From: Planctomycetes bacterium HGW-Planctomycetes-1
GTDB taxonomy: Bacteria; Planctomycetota; Phycisphaerae; Sedimentisphaerales; UBA12454
Assembly (NCBI GenBank): GCA_002839495.1
Contig: PGYD01000003.1
Coordinates: forward strand, 1 to 58,675
Length of the DNA: 58,675 bases
Direction: 5' to 3'
A model generated the notes under the pieces. The model saw only the letters and a list, made by a program, of their open reading frames with translations, was not told the DNA's origin and did not search any database. Numbering within the stretch: the stretch's first letter is position 1; each line of letters opens with the position of its first letter. Shown here one piece after another: positions 1 to 8,689 of this stretch. A program made the translations under genes and the position numbers.

Positions 1-1
1 G

Positions 2-598
2 GTCTCTGTGAGCTCTGTGGCTAATACGTACCTGTTTACTGGTCGTGAATACGATACTGAGACTGGAAACTATTACTATCGAGCCAGATATTATAAACCG
101 AGTATCGGCAGGTTTTTGCAGACTGACCCAATCGGCTACGCCGATTCGCTCAATCTGTATCAGTATTGCTTGAATAATCCGGTAAATTACATAGATCCGT
201 ATGGATTGTGTAAAAAAGACGGCGGTAGCATCGATTATGGCAATATGACTCCTGCAGAAAAAGCATTAGAGTTTGCAAAAGCAGCCGCCAAAGGAGCTGC
301 CGATGGAGCGGTAATTACAGCTAACGAATACACATTCGGATTGATTAAGCCGTTAAACAAAGCTGCTTCTAAGAAGGTTAATGAATATGGGGCAATAGGT
401 CTGGCTTCGCAGAAAGCCGCACGTGTGTCGCGAAATGCAGCGATGGCAGCAGCAGCGTTGAAAGCAAGTGGATGGAATGTCAAAGGAGGGATACATGGCC
501 CGCACCATGGCCAAGGTACGCATGCCCAACTGAATTGGTGGAAATCTGGCGTTAAAGATAGTGGTGGACGATGTTCCTTTCCCATTCCAATTGATTGA
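2..598 (+). CDS. RHS repeat-associated core protein with variable C-terminal toxin-like domain (5'-truncated at window edge)
   Basis: YLFTGREYDxETGxYYYRARYYxPxIGRFLQxDPIG...NNPVNYIDPYGL is the RHS core with its DPxGL cleavage motif. The frame is open back to position 2. Confidence 0.9.
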   Translation, partial: VSVSSVANTYLFTGREYDTETGNYYYRARYYKPSIGRFLQTDPIGYADSLNLYQYCLNNPVNYIDPYGLCKKDGGSIDYGNMTPAEKALEFAKAAAKGAADGAVITANEYTFGLIKPLNKAASKKVNEYGAIGLASQKAARVSRNAAMAAAALKASGWNVKGGIHGPHHGQGTHAQLNWWKSGVKDSGGRCSFPIPID

Positions 599-646
599 GT
601 TTGGCGGGTTGCGGAGTGAGAAAACAAAAATAGGCAGATTTTGCTG

Positions 647-676
647 TTGCGTTTAATAGCAGGGGGCGAGTATAAT
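647..676 (+). promoter_or_regulatory. sigma70-like promoter for the RRM gene
   Basis: TTGCGT-N18-TATAAT. Confidence 0.5.
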
Positions 677-723
677 CCCGATATATTTTGTATGAAATTT
701 CTCAAAAGAAAGGAAGTAACAGG

Positions 724-1125
724 ATGAATCTTTATGTAGGTAATTTATTGTTTGACGTGACCGAAGCAGAGTTAAAAGGGCTTTTTTCGCCATACGGCGA
801 GGTTACGGAAGTCCGTCTGATAATGGATAAGTTCAGCGGTAAAACCAAGGGATTCGGTTTTGTAGAAATGCCCTCGAAAGAGGAAGCAGAAAAAGCTATC
901 GCAGAGTTGAACGGCAAAGATTTAAGGGGCCGGGCAATGACAGTCAATGAGGCAAAGCCCAAGACTGATCGCGGCGGCAGAGGCGGCGGCGGTGGTCGCG
1001 GCGGTTACGGCGGCGGCGGCAGAAGCGGCGGCGGACGCGGCGGTTATGGCGGTGGCGGCGGCGGCAGAGATAGCAGAGGCGGCGGCGGTTATGGTGGTGG
1101 TGGCGGCGGCAGAAGAAGCTACTAA
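724..1125 (+). CDS. RRM (RNP-1) RNA-binding protein with Gly/Arg-rich tail
   Basis: RNP2 LYVGNL and RNP1 KGFGFVEM. The ATG at 724 follows GAAAGGAAG and is preferred over 688. Confidence 0.95.
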   Translation: MNLYVGNLLFDVTEAELKGLFSPYGEVTEVRLIMDKFSGKTKGFGFVEMPSKEEAEKAIAELNGKDLRGRAMTVNEAKPKTDRGGRGGGGGRGGYGGGGRSGGGRGGYGGGGGGRDSRGGGGYGGGGGGRRSY

Positions 1126-1216
1126 GAGCCAGTGTCGCTGAAAAAGTAAATACTCGACAAGCAGAGCAGCAGTGCTGCAGATGTGATTAGTCGTTCTGCG
1201 TAGAAAGGAAACTGAT

Positions 1217-1324
1217 ATGGGTGACAAGGGAAAAAAAGATAAAGGCGGAAGAGAACAAAGGAAAAAGGCCTTGCTTAGTCCGGAAGAAAAGCGAAGGCTA
1301 AAAAGAGAAAAGAGAAATGGTTAA
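1217..1324 (+). CDS. 35-aa highly basic small protein MGDKGKKDKGGREQRKKALLSPEEKRRLKREKRNG (below the ORF-track size range)
   Basis: SD GAAAGGAA at 1203-1210, ATG at 1217, TAA at 1322-1324, with a terminator hairpin directly after. Confidence 0.7.
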   Translation: MGDKGKKDKGGREQRKKALLSPEEKRRLKREKRNG

Positions 1325-1328
1325 TTAC

Positions 1329-1363
1329 TGACCCCGCCAAAGTTTTGGCGGGGTCAATTTTTT
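1329..1363 (+). terminator. Rho-independent terminator
   Basis: 13-bp stem TGACCCCGCCAAA/TTTGGCGGGGTCA followed by ATTTTTT. Confidence 0.8.
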
Positions 1364-1414
1364 GATGGGCAAATAATCCGTGAAGTTTGCCGTATTCCCG
1401 ATTAAAATAGGAGT

Positions 1415-3400
1415 ATGGCGAAGTTTCAATTAATCAGCAATTTTAAGCCGAAAGGCGACCAGCCCCAGGCGATAAAGGCCCTTGCCGATAACCTCAAATC
1501 AGGCAGGCAGTATCAAACCCTCTACGGTGTAACGGGCAGCGGAAAAACATTCACGATGGCCAACGTCATCGCCAAGTATCAGAGGCCTGCTCTCGTAATC
1601 AGCCATAATAAAACGCTGGCGGCACAGCTTTACGAGGAATTTAAAGGGCTTTTTCCCAATAACGCGGTCGAATACTTCGTCAGCTATTACGATTATTACC
1701 AGCCTGAGGCGTATATACCGCAGCGGGATATTTATATCGAAAAAGACGCATCGCGAAACGACGAGTTGGACAGGCTTCGGCTTGCGGCGACGGCGAGTCT
1801 GACGAGCAGGGACGATGTGATAATCGTCGCATCGGTATCGTGTATTTTCGGATTGGGTTCGCCGCAGGATTATAAGGCCAGCGTAATCACGGTGAAAATC
1901 GGTGAGGCTGTCGAGCGGAACGAACTGCTTGGCAGGCTGTCAGATTTGCAGTACGCAAGAAACGATATTGATTTTAAACGCGGGACGTTCCGGGTTCGCG
2001 GCGATGTTGTGGAATTGTGGCCCAGCTATGAATCGTTCGCGGTGAGACTGGAATTTTTCGGCGACGAAATCGAAAAAATCAATTATATCAATCCGACAAG
2101 CGGAGAAATACTTGCCAAAGAAGAGCAATTATTCGTATATCCTGCCGGACATTATGTAATGCCTGCCGATAGGATTGAGGCCGCGACGGAGAGTATAAAG
2201 GCTGAACTCGAACAGCAGCTTATGAAACTTCGGCAGGATGGCAAGCTGCTGGAGGCGCAAAGATTGCAGGCAAGAACTCTTTACGATATCGAGATGCTGA
2301 AAGAAGTCGGGTTTTGCAGCGGGATTGAGAATTATTCGAGGCATTTGAGCGGTCTGCCTGCGGGGGCAAGGCCTTATACGCTGATAGATTATTTCGGAGA
2401 CGATTTTCTTTTGTTTATCGACGAGTCGCACGCGACAGTGCCGCAGATTCGGGCGATGCACGCCGGCGATAAGAGCAGGAAAGAGGTTCTGGTTGAGCAC
2501 GGATTCAGACTGCCCAGCGCGATGGATAATCGGCCTTTGCGGTTCGAGGAATTTCAGGAGAACTGGAAGCACGTTGTATTTGTTTCCGCGACGCCTGCGG
2601 AGTTCGAATTAAACCTGAGTAAAGGCGCGGTTGTCGAGCAGGTTGTAAGGCCGACGGGGCTGCTCGACCCGGAAATTTTTGTTCATCCTGCGGCCAATCA
2701 GGTGCCGCATTTGCTTGACCAGATTGAAAAACACGTGCAGGCAAAACAGCGGGTACTGGTTACGACGCTGACGAAAAGGCTTGCGGAGGATTTGTCGGCG
2801 TACATAGCGAAAAAGGGATATAAGTGCAGGTATCTGCATAGTGAAATAAAGACGCTGGAGAGGGTTCAGATTTTGCGGGATTTGCGGAGCGGGGCGTTCG
2901 ATGTTTTAGTCGGGATTAACCTGTTGCGTGAAGGCCTGGATTTGCCGGAGGTTTCGCTGGTGGCGATTCTTGACGCGGACAAGGAAGGATTTTTGCGAAG
3001 CCAGACGTCTCTTGTCCAGACTATCGGCAGGACGGCGAGAAATGTCGATGCGAAGGTGTTTTTGTACGCGGACAGGGTAACAGAGTCGATGCAAAAAGCA
3101 ATTGACGAAACGAATCGGCGGCGTAAAATACAGACACAATATAATAAGGAAAACGGGATTACGCCTGAGACGATAAAGAAGCAGATTTACAGCGGCTTGC
3201 AGGACAAATTGAAGGCAAGACAGGCGGCGCAGCAGGCGGTGAACCTTGGCGACGATGAATATGATGCCGCCGAGATTGCGGTGCAGATTGAAAAGGAAAT
3301 GCTCGAAGCGGCAGAAAAACTTGATTTTGAAAAGGCGGCGTTTTTGCGGGACCAGTTGAAGGAACTGAAAGAGCTGCCGCAGATAGGAAAAAAGAAGTAA
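1415..3400 (+). CDS. uvrB: excinuclease ABC subunit B
   Basis: GVTGSGKTFT, HNKTLAAQLY, YYDYYQPEAY, DESH and a C-terminal UVR domain. Confidence 0.98.
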   Translation: MAKFQLISNFKPKGDQPQAIKALADNLKSGRQYQTLYGVTGSGKTFTMANVIAKYQRPALVISHNKTLAAQLYEEFKGLFPNNAVEYFVSYYDYYQPEAYIPQRDIYIEKDASRNDELDRLRLAATASLTSRDDVIIVASVSCIFGLGSPQDYKASVITVKIGEAVERNELLGRLSDLQYARNDIDFKRGTFRVRGDVVELWPSYESFAVRLEFFGDEIEKINYINPTSGEILAKEEQLFVYPAGHYVMPADRIEAATESIKAELEQQLMKLRQDGKLLEAQRLQARTLYDIEMLKEVGFCSGIENYSRHLSGLPAGARPYTLIDYFGDDFLLFIDESHATVPQIRAMHAGDKSRKEVLVEHGFRLPSAMDNRPLRFEEFQENWKHVVFVSATPAEFELNLSKGAVVEQVVRPTGLLDPEIFVHPAANQVPHLLDQIEKHVQAKQRVLVTTLTKRLAEDLSAYIAKKGYKCRYLHSEIKTLERVQILRDLRSGAFDVLVGINLLREGLDLPEVSLVAILDADKEGFLRSQTSLVQTIGRTARNVDAKVFLYADRVTESMQKAIDETNRRRKIQTQYNKENGITPETIKKQIYSGLQDKLKARQAAQQAVNLGDDEYDAAEIAVQIEKEMLEAAEKLDFEKAAFLRDQLKELKELPQIGKKK

Positions 3401-3422
3401 GGAAATAGAGAAATAAGGATTA
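3391..3422 (+). repeat. 4 imperfect tandem octamers (AARGAWRT type)
   Basis: aaagaagt aaggaaat agagaaat aaggatta; same unit as the arrays at 41392 and 50421. Confidence 0.6.
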
Positions 3423-3424
3423 AG

Positions 3425-4303
3425 ATGAAAACTTTGGATTTTAAAAGAATCGATAAATTAATTGATATGGCAATCGAGGAAGATTACGGCGGGCGAGACC
3501 CTTCGAGCGAACTGATGATACCTGCGAAGGCGACCGGCAAGGCTTATATCATAAGCCGAGAGGAAATTGTCGTCAGCGGTATGAATATCGCCAAAGAGGT
3601 ACTGAGGCGATACGACCCGAAGCTGAAGCTGCGGATACTCAAGCGCGACGGACAAAGGGCGAATGTTGCCGACAGGCTCGGCGTAATCGAAGGGCCTATA
3701 CGAACAATGCTGAGCGCAGAAAGAGTGGTATTGAATTTTCTTCAGAGGATGTGCGGAATAGCGACGATGACTTATAAATACGTTCACGCGACTCGCGGAA
3801 CAAGGGCGAAGATATACGATACACGAAAGACGATACCGGGCTGGCGGGAACTTGAAAAATACGCCGTGCGGTGCGGCAAGGGACACAATCACCGGTTTAG
3901 TTTGAAAGAAGCGGTGATGTTCAAGGATAATCACGTTGCCCAGCTCGGAAAGAATTTCGAGCCCAGACTTAGAAAACTCGTCGAAAAAGCAAGGGCAATC
4001 GAAGGTGTGAAATTCGTATGTGTTGAAGTTGACCACGTTGACGACCAGTTGAATCACGTTTTAAAAGTGCCGGGCGTTGATGTCGTGCTTTTGGATAATA
4101 TGGGTCAGTGGCAATATACGCACGCCGTCGAGATGCGGAACAAGATGTGCAAAGGCAAACACAAGCCGCAACTCGAGGCGAGCGGCGGAATTACGCTTAA
4201 TAACGTCAGACAAATTGCGCTTTGCGGCGTTGACAGGATTTCAATCGGAGCGATAACGCACAGCGCGGTGTCGGTCGATATCGGCATGGATAGAGAATTT
4301 TAA
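3425..4303 (+). CDS. nadC: nicotinate-nucleotide pyrophosphorylase (carboxylating)
   Basis: ERVVLNFLQR, DTRKTIPG, KDNH, LLDNM, EASGGI, ISIGAITHS. Confidence 0.96.
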   Translation: MKTLDFKRIDKLIDMAIEEDYGGRDPSSELMIPAKATGKAYIISREEIVVSGMNIAKEVLRRYDPKLKLRILKRDGQRANVADRLGVIEGPIRTMLSAERVVLNFLQRMCGIATMTYKYVHATRGTRAKIYDTRKTIPGWRELEKYAVRCGKGHNHRFSLKEAVMFKDNHVAQLGKNFEPRLRKLVEKARAIEGVKFVCVEVDHVDDQLNHVLKVPGVDVVLLDNMGQWQYTHAVEMRNKMCKGKHKPQLEASGGITLNNVRQIALCGVDRISIGAITHSAVSVDIGMDREF

Positions 4304-4307
4304 AAAG

Positions 4308-5102
4308 ATGTCCGAATATAACGCTTTAGACGCAGAATTTATAAGAGCAAATCTGGATACGAGCCGAATCGGCAGAGAAATACTCGTATATAAAAGCACA
4401 TCGAGCACGAATGATATCGCGGCTGAATACGCAAAAGCGGGCGATAAAAATGATGGGCTTGCGGTTTTTGCCGAACACCAGACGGCAGGCAGAGGCAGAC
4501 GGGGCAATCAATGGCTGAGCGGCAAAGGCAAGAGCGTCCTCTGCTCGGTCGTGTTCTTCGAACCGAAAATCGAAGCGGATATGATAACAATCACGGCCGC
4601 TGTCGCCGTTGTTGAGACGATTGATAAAAACGCTAAAATCAAATGGCCGAACGATATTCTGCTCGGCGGCAAAAAGACCGCGGGTATTCTGGTCGAGGCG
4701 TTTACCAAAAATAAGAAAAAATATTTTATAATCGGTATCGGGATAAACTGCCATCAGTCAAAGAAAGACTTTGACGGCGAACTGGCTTCGATAGCGACGA
4801 GTATTGATATCGAAAGCGGGACGGTTTGCGACAGGAACAGAATCGCAAAAAGGCTGCTCGTGAATCTGGAGCATTTTCTGGATATCGCGGTCAAAGACCC
4901 TGACGAGATTGTGGAAAGATGGCGGGCGGCGAGTATGCTGTTCGGAAAACGAATTACCGTCGAGCATAACGGGGCGCAATTTACGGGCAACTGTATCGGC
5001 GTAGAGCCTGCCGAGGGCTTGATAATCCAGCTCGAACGCGGCGGAGTGAGAATGTTTCACGCGGTTTCGACGACAATCGTTAAAAACGGAACGGAGATGT
5101 GA
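4308..5102 (+). CDS. birA: biotin--protein ligase (no N-terminal HTH)
   Basis: STN, QTAGRGRRG, KWPND, KTAGILVE, GIGIN. Confidence 0.94.
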   Translation: MSEYNALDAEFIRANLDTSRIGREILVYKSTSSTNDIAAEYAKAGDKNDGLAVFAEHQTAGRGRRGNQWLSGKGKSVLCSVVFFEPKIEADMITITAAVAVVETIDKNAKIKWPNDILLGGKKTAGILVEAFTKNKKKYFIIGIGINCHQSKKDFDGELASIATSIDIESGTVCDRNRIAKRLLVNLEHFLDIAVKDPDEIVERWRAASMLFGKRITVEHNGAQFTGNCIGVEPAEGLIIQLERGGVRMFHAVSTTIVKNGTEM

Positions 5103-5103
5103 G

Positions 5104-6486
5104 ATGGCCGAAAAATTCGATGTTGCAGTAATAGGGTCGGGGCCGGGCGGATACGCAGTGGCAATCAGATGTGCACAAAAAGGAGGCAAAATTGCGATTA
5201 TCGAAAAAGGAGATATCGGCGGAGTGTGTCTTAACTGCGGGTGCATACCGTCGAAAACCTTGCTGGCGTCGGCGCATATTTTTAACCTTGCAAAAAACGC
5301 AGGGGCAATGGGAATCGATATTGAGAATCCGAGAGTGAACTGGCCGAAAGTGCAGAGCAGAAAAGAAGCGGTCGTGGCGGGGTTCAGGAAAGGGCTGGCA
5401 GGTCTGCTGGCGGGTAATAAAATAAAAATCTTTCAGGGTGCGGGAATCGTTACGGCTAAAAATAAAATCGCTGTGCAGGGTGATACAACTGCTGAAATTG
5501 AAGCGGCAAAAATAATAATTGCAACGGGGTCGGCACCGATTGAAATTCCATTTATGCCGTTTGATGGTGAAAAAATCATAAGCAGTACGGAGGCTTTGTC
5601 ATTAAACGAGATACCAAAATCTATGGTTGTAATCGGCGGGGGAGTTATAGGTTGCGAAATGGCGTGTATTTACGCAAGTATCGGGACGAAAGTTACGATT
5701 GTCGAGGCTTTGGATAGGATTTTGCCTTTCGAGGACGAATGGGTCGGGCAATTGCTGGCGAGGGAATTTAAAAAAGCAGGGATAGATGTAATTGTGGGCA
5801 AAAAGGTAACGGGCTGTGAAAAAACAGGTTCGCAGATAAAGCTAACTCTCGAAGACGGAACGGCAATCGAGGTGGAAAAGGCGCTCGTATCCGTCGGCAG
5901 GAAGGCGTCTTGCGACAGTCAGACCGTCAAAGCCTTATCGCTTGAGATGAACGCCTCGGCGATAAAGGTTAATGATAAGATGGAAACGAGTGCGGCGGGG
6001 GTTTACGCAATCGGCGATGTAGTCGGGACAACGTACCTTGCGCACGGGGCGTTTTTCGAGGCGGAAATTGCTGCTGCCAATGCGATGGGCGAAGAAGCCC
6101 GCATAGGAGATTATTCGCTTGTGCCGCGGGCGGTTTACACATTTCCCGAAGTCGCATCGGTCGGACAAAACGAAGCCAAATGCAAAGAAGCAGCGATTGA
6201 TTACACAATCGGCAGGGCATTTTTCAGGGCGAATGGCAGGAGCATTGCGCATAATGAAACTGCCGGCGAGATAAGAGTTATAAAAGATAAAAAGACGAAT
6301 CAAATTCTGGGGGTAACGATAATTGGGGCAGGCGCTGCGGAAATGATAGCGGCGGCGAGGGCACTCATCGGCAGCAGAGAAAAAATGGGCGAAATTTCGT
6401 TCGCGCATCCGACTGTTTCCGAGGTGCTCAAAGAAGCGTGGGAAGATGCTTTCGGATTGAGCCTGCATACGCCGCCAAAAGGCTGA
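5104..6486 (+). CDS. lpdA: dihydrolipoyl dehydrogenase
   Basis: GSGPGGY, GGVCLNCGCIPSK redox disulfide, GGGVIGCE, HPTVSE. Confidence 0.96.
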   Translation: MAEKFDVAVIGSGPGGYAVAIRCAQKGGKIAIIEKGDIGGVCLNCGCIPSKTLLASAHIFNLAKNAGAMGIDIENPRVNWPKVQSRKEAVVAGFRKGLAGLLAGNKIKIFQGAGIVTAKNKIAVQGDTTAEIEAAKIIIATGSAPIEIPFMPFDGEKIISSTEALSLNEIPKSMVVIGGGVIGCEMACIYASIGTKVTIVEALDRILPFEDEWVGQLLAREFKKAGIDVIVGKKVTGCEKTGSQIKLTLEDGTAIEVEKALVSVGRKASCDSQTVKALSLEMNASAIKVNDKMETSAAGVYAIGDVVGTTYLAHGAFFEAEIAAANAMGEEARIGDYSLVPRAVYTFPEVASVGQNEAKCKEAAIDYTIGRAFFRANGRSIAHNETAGEIRVIKDKKTNQILGVTIIGAGAAEMIAAARALIGSREKMGEISFAHPTVSEVLKEAWEDAFGLSLHTPPKG

Positions 6487-6527
6487 TTAATCCGTTGCCG
6501 TACAATAGATTAAGTCTTAATTTTTTG

Positions 6528-6556
6528 TTGACGGCAAAAGGTCTGTAAAGTACAGT
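6528..6556 (+). promoter_or_regulatory. sigma70-like promoter of the DUF502-hpf-PTS operon
   Basis: TTGACG-N17-TACAGT. Confidence 0.55.
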
Positions 6557-6663
6557 GGGTTATAGATTTGACGCAGTTTTTTGTCCGTTTTTAAGGTGTT
6601 TTAAAGCTAACGGCTTGACGTAAGCCGAAGAAAAAATAATAAAAGGATTGTAAGTTAGGGGAA

Positions 6664-7485
6664 ATGCAGGCGTTGCATAATTTTAAAACCTACTTTTTAA
6701 GAGGTTTGGCGACACTTCTGCCGACCATTTTGACGGTCTGGATTTTTGTTCAACTTTACCTATTTATCCAAAAAAATGTAAGTGCCCATATTAACCGCGG
6801 TATGGTTAGGGTTCTGGTGTACAGCTCTCCATATTATCCTCATATAAGCGAAGATGATTTACTGGTTTATGTAAAAAATACTTATCCTGCCGCGGCTGAT
6901 AACCAGCAGATATTAGAAGAGAAGCTGAATGACCCTGCGGTAAAACGGGCGGCGCGTATCGGCGAAGCCGAGAGATTCTGGGTTTACGGCGGAGGACAGA
7001 TAACCGGTTTTTTACTGGCCTTTATCGGTGTGGTTTTTGTCGGGGCCTTTCTGGCAAGCTTTATCGGCAAGGCTCTGTGGCGAATGTTTGAAAAAGCCTT
7101 TGTAAAAACGCCTTTCATTCGAACGGTATATCCTCATATCAAACAGGTTACAGATTTTTTCCTTACGAAGGAAAAAATGAGTTTCAGCCGAGTAGTCGCT
7201 ATCGAATATCCGCGTAAAGGCACCTGGTCGGTAGCAATGGTAACGGGAGCAGGTCTTCAAAAGATTAACGAGAAGGAACAAAAAGAGTTTCTGACGGTAT
7301 TTCTTCCGACATCTCCGACGCCATTTACCGGTTATGTTATTATAGTTCCCAAAGAAGAAGTTATAGAGTTGAAGATGTCGGTGGAAGAGGCGTTGAGATT
7401 TACCATAAGCGGCGGCGTTATCAGTCCTACGATTTTTGAGTCTTATTCACAAGAGACGAAACCTGTAAAGCCAAAGAAAGAATAG
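6664..7485 (+). CDS. DUF502 membrane protein
   Basis: FLRGLATLLP, IEYPRKG, VFLPTSPTPFTGY. Confidence 0.85.
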   Translation: MQALHNFKTYFLRGLATLLPTILTVWIFVQLYLFIQKNVSAHINRGMVRVLVYSSPYYPHISEDDLLVYVKNTYPAAADNQQILEEKLNDPAVKRAARIGEAERFWVYGGGQITGFLLAFIGVVFVGAFLASFIGKALWRMFEKAFVKTPFIRTVYPHIKQVTDFFLTKEKMSFSRVVAIEYPRKGTWSVAMVTGAGLQKINEKEQKEFLTVFLPTSPTPFTGYVIIVPKEEVIELKMSVEEALRFTISGGVISPTIFESYSQETKPVKPKKE

Positions 7486-7508
7486 ACATTTGTTAAGGAG
7501 TAATAGAT

Positions 7509-7838
7509 TTGGATATTAGAATAACAGGCAAGCATACGGAGATGACGGAAGATATCAAGGCAAGGATTGAAGAGAAAGTTTCGGGATTTCCGCGATTTTA
7601 CAGCAGCGTGCTCGATGCGGAAGTAATCATCGAGGGCGGCAAGACCGGGGCAGCGAACATCGCGGAAATAATTGTAAGGGCAAAACACAATCGTGTCTTT
7701 ATCGGCAAGCATAGTGACCCCGATGTGTACGTATGCATAGACCAAGCGGCAGAGAAAGTTGAACGCCAGCTTACCAAACAAAAGCAAAAAGAACGCGACA
7801 ATAAACATTCAGGCGGTGAAGTGAAAACACAGGAGTAA
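7509..7838 (+). CDS. hpf: ribosome hibernation promoting factor (HPF/RaiA)
   Basis: MDIRITGKHTEMT...DVYVCIDQAAEKVERQL, TTG start, adjacent to EIIA. Confidence 0.9.
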   Translation: MDIRITGKHTEMTEDIKARIEEKVSGFPRFYSSVLDAEVIIEGGKTGAANIAEIIVRAKHNRVFIGKHSDPDVYVCIDQAAEKVERQLTKQKQKERDNKHSGGEVKTQE

Positions 7839-7840
7839 AT

Positions 7841-8311
7841 ATGAAGATAGCTGATGTTATTTGCGCCAAGGCTATAGTACCACGGCTCAAAGCGGCAAAA
7901 CGGGACGAAGCGATAAAAGAACTTGTCGATATTCTCGACAAGGCGGGCAAAATCGGCAAGGACAACGCGGCTGATATTTCAAAGTCTGTTATCAAAAGAG
8001 AAAACGAGGCCAGTACCGGTATAGGCAAAGGAGTAGCAGTTCCGCATATCAAGCACAAGGCCGTGAAAAAAGTTGTTGCGGCAATTGGAGTAAGCGCTAC
8101 AGGCATCGATTTTTCGGCTTTGGATAAACAGCCGGTTTATACGGTAATTTTGCTGATTAGTCCGCTCGAAGGCGACCAGCACCTTCAGGCGATGGAAGCG
8201 ATATTCGGACAGCTTCAAAACGACAATTTCAGGAAGTTTCTCAAGCAGTCCGAGACAGTAGAACAGATAAAAGAGCTATTGGCCGAAGCAGGTCAGAATC
8301 CATCGTGGTAG
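7841..8311 (+). CDS. PTS EIIA component (fructose/Ntr family)
   Basis: RENEASTGIGKGVAVPH phospho-His motif. Confidence 0.9.
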   Translation: MKIADVICAKAIVPRLKAAKRDEAIKELVDILDKAGKIGKDNAADISKSVIKRENEASTGIGKGVAVPHIKHKAVKKVVAAIGVSATGIDFSALDKQPVYTVILLISPLEGDQHLQAMEAIFGQLQNDNFRKFLKQSETVEQIKELLAEAGQNPSW

Positions 8312-8361
8312 CCTGACCGGAATATTTTTACAGGATTCCTGCTGAATGCACGGGAGAGTAA

Positions 8362-8676
8362 GTGTTGGCAGAAACAGTCAATAAGATAGAAGTTGAGATA
8401 AAGAACGCCAACGGGCTTCATATGCGGCCTGCGATGCAGTTCGTCGATACTGCGAGCAAATTTTCCAGCAGTGTCAAGGTGGGCAACGGAGATATAGAAG
8501 TGGACGGCAAAAGCATAATGCATATGGCGATGCTTGCGGCGGCGGCAGGGACGAAACTGACGATAACAGCCGAGGGAGCGGACGCTCAAAAGGCGTTAGA
8601 GGCACTGAAAGACCTTGTGGAAAACAAGCTTTTCGACGAGTCTGCCTGGCAGGGTAAAAACGAAGCTGATAAATAA
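8362..8676 (+). CDS. ptsH: HPr phosphocarrier protein
   Basis: GLHMRPA (His15) and DGKSIM (Ser46). Confidence 0.92.
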   Translation: MLAETVNKIEVEIKNANGLHMRPAMQFVDTASKFSSSVKVGNGDIEVDGKSIMHMAMLAAAAGTKLTITAEGADAQKALEALKDLVENKLFDESAWQGKNEADK

Positions 8677-8689
8677 GTGAAAATATAAG

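Noticed and set aside
590-598. RHS gene and PLC-like gene both end in ATTGATTGA
   Set aside because: A 9-nt AT-rich match with unrelated flanks; likely chance.
970-1115. GGC-rich tandem repeats and the overlapping Ala-rich ORFs 922-1227 and 947-1141
   Set aside because: Explained by the Gly/Arg-rich tail of the RRM protein; the other frames are shadows.
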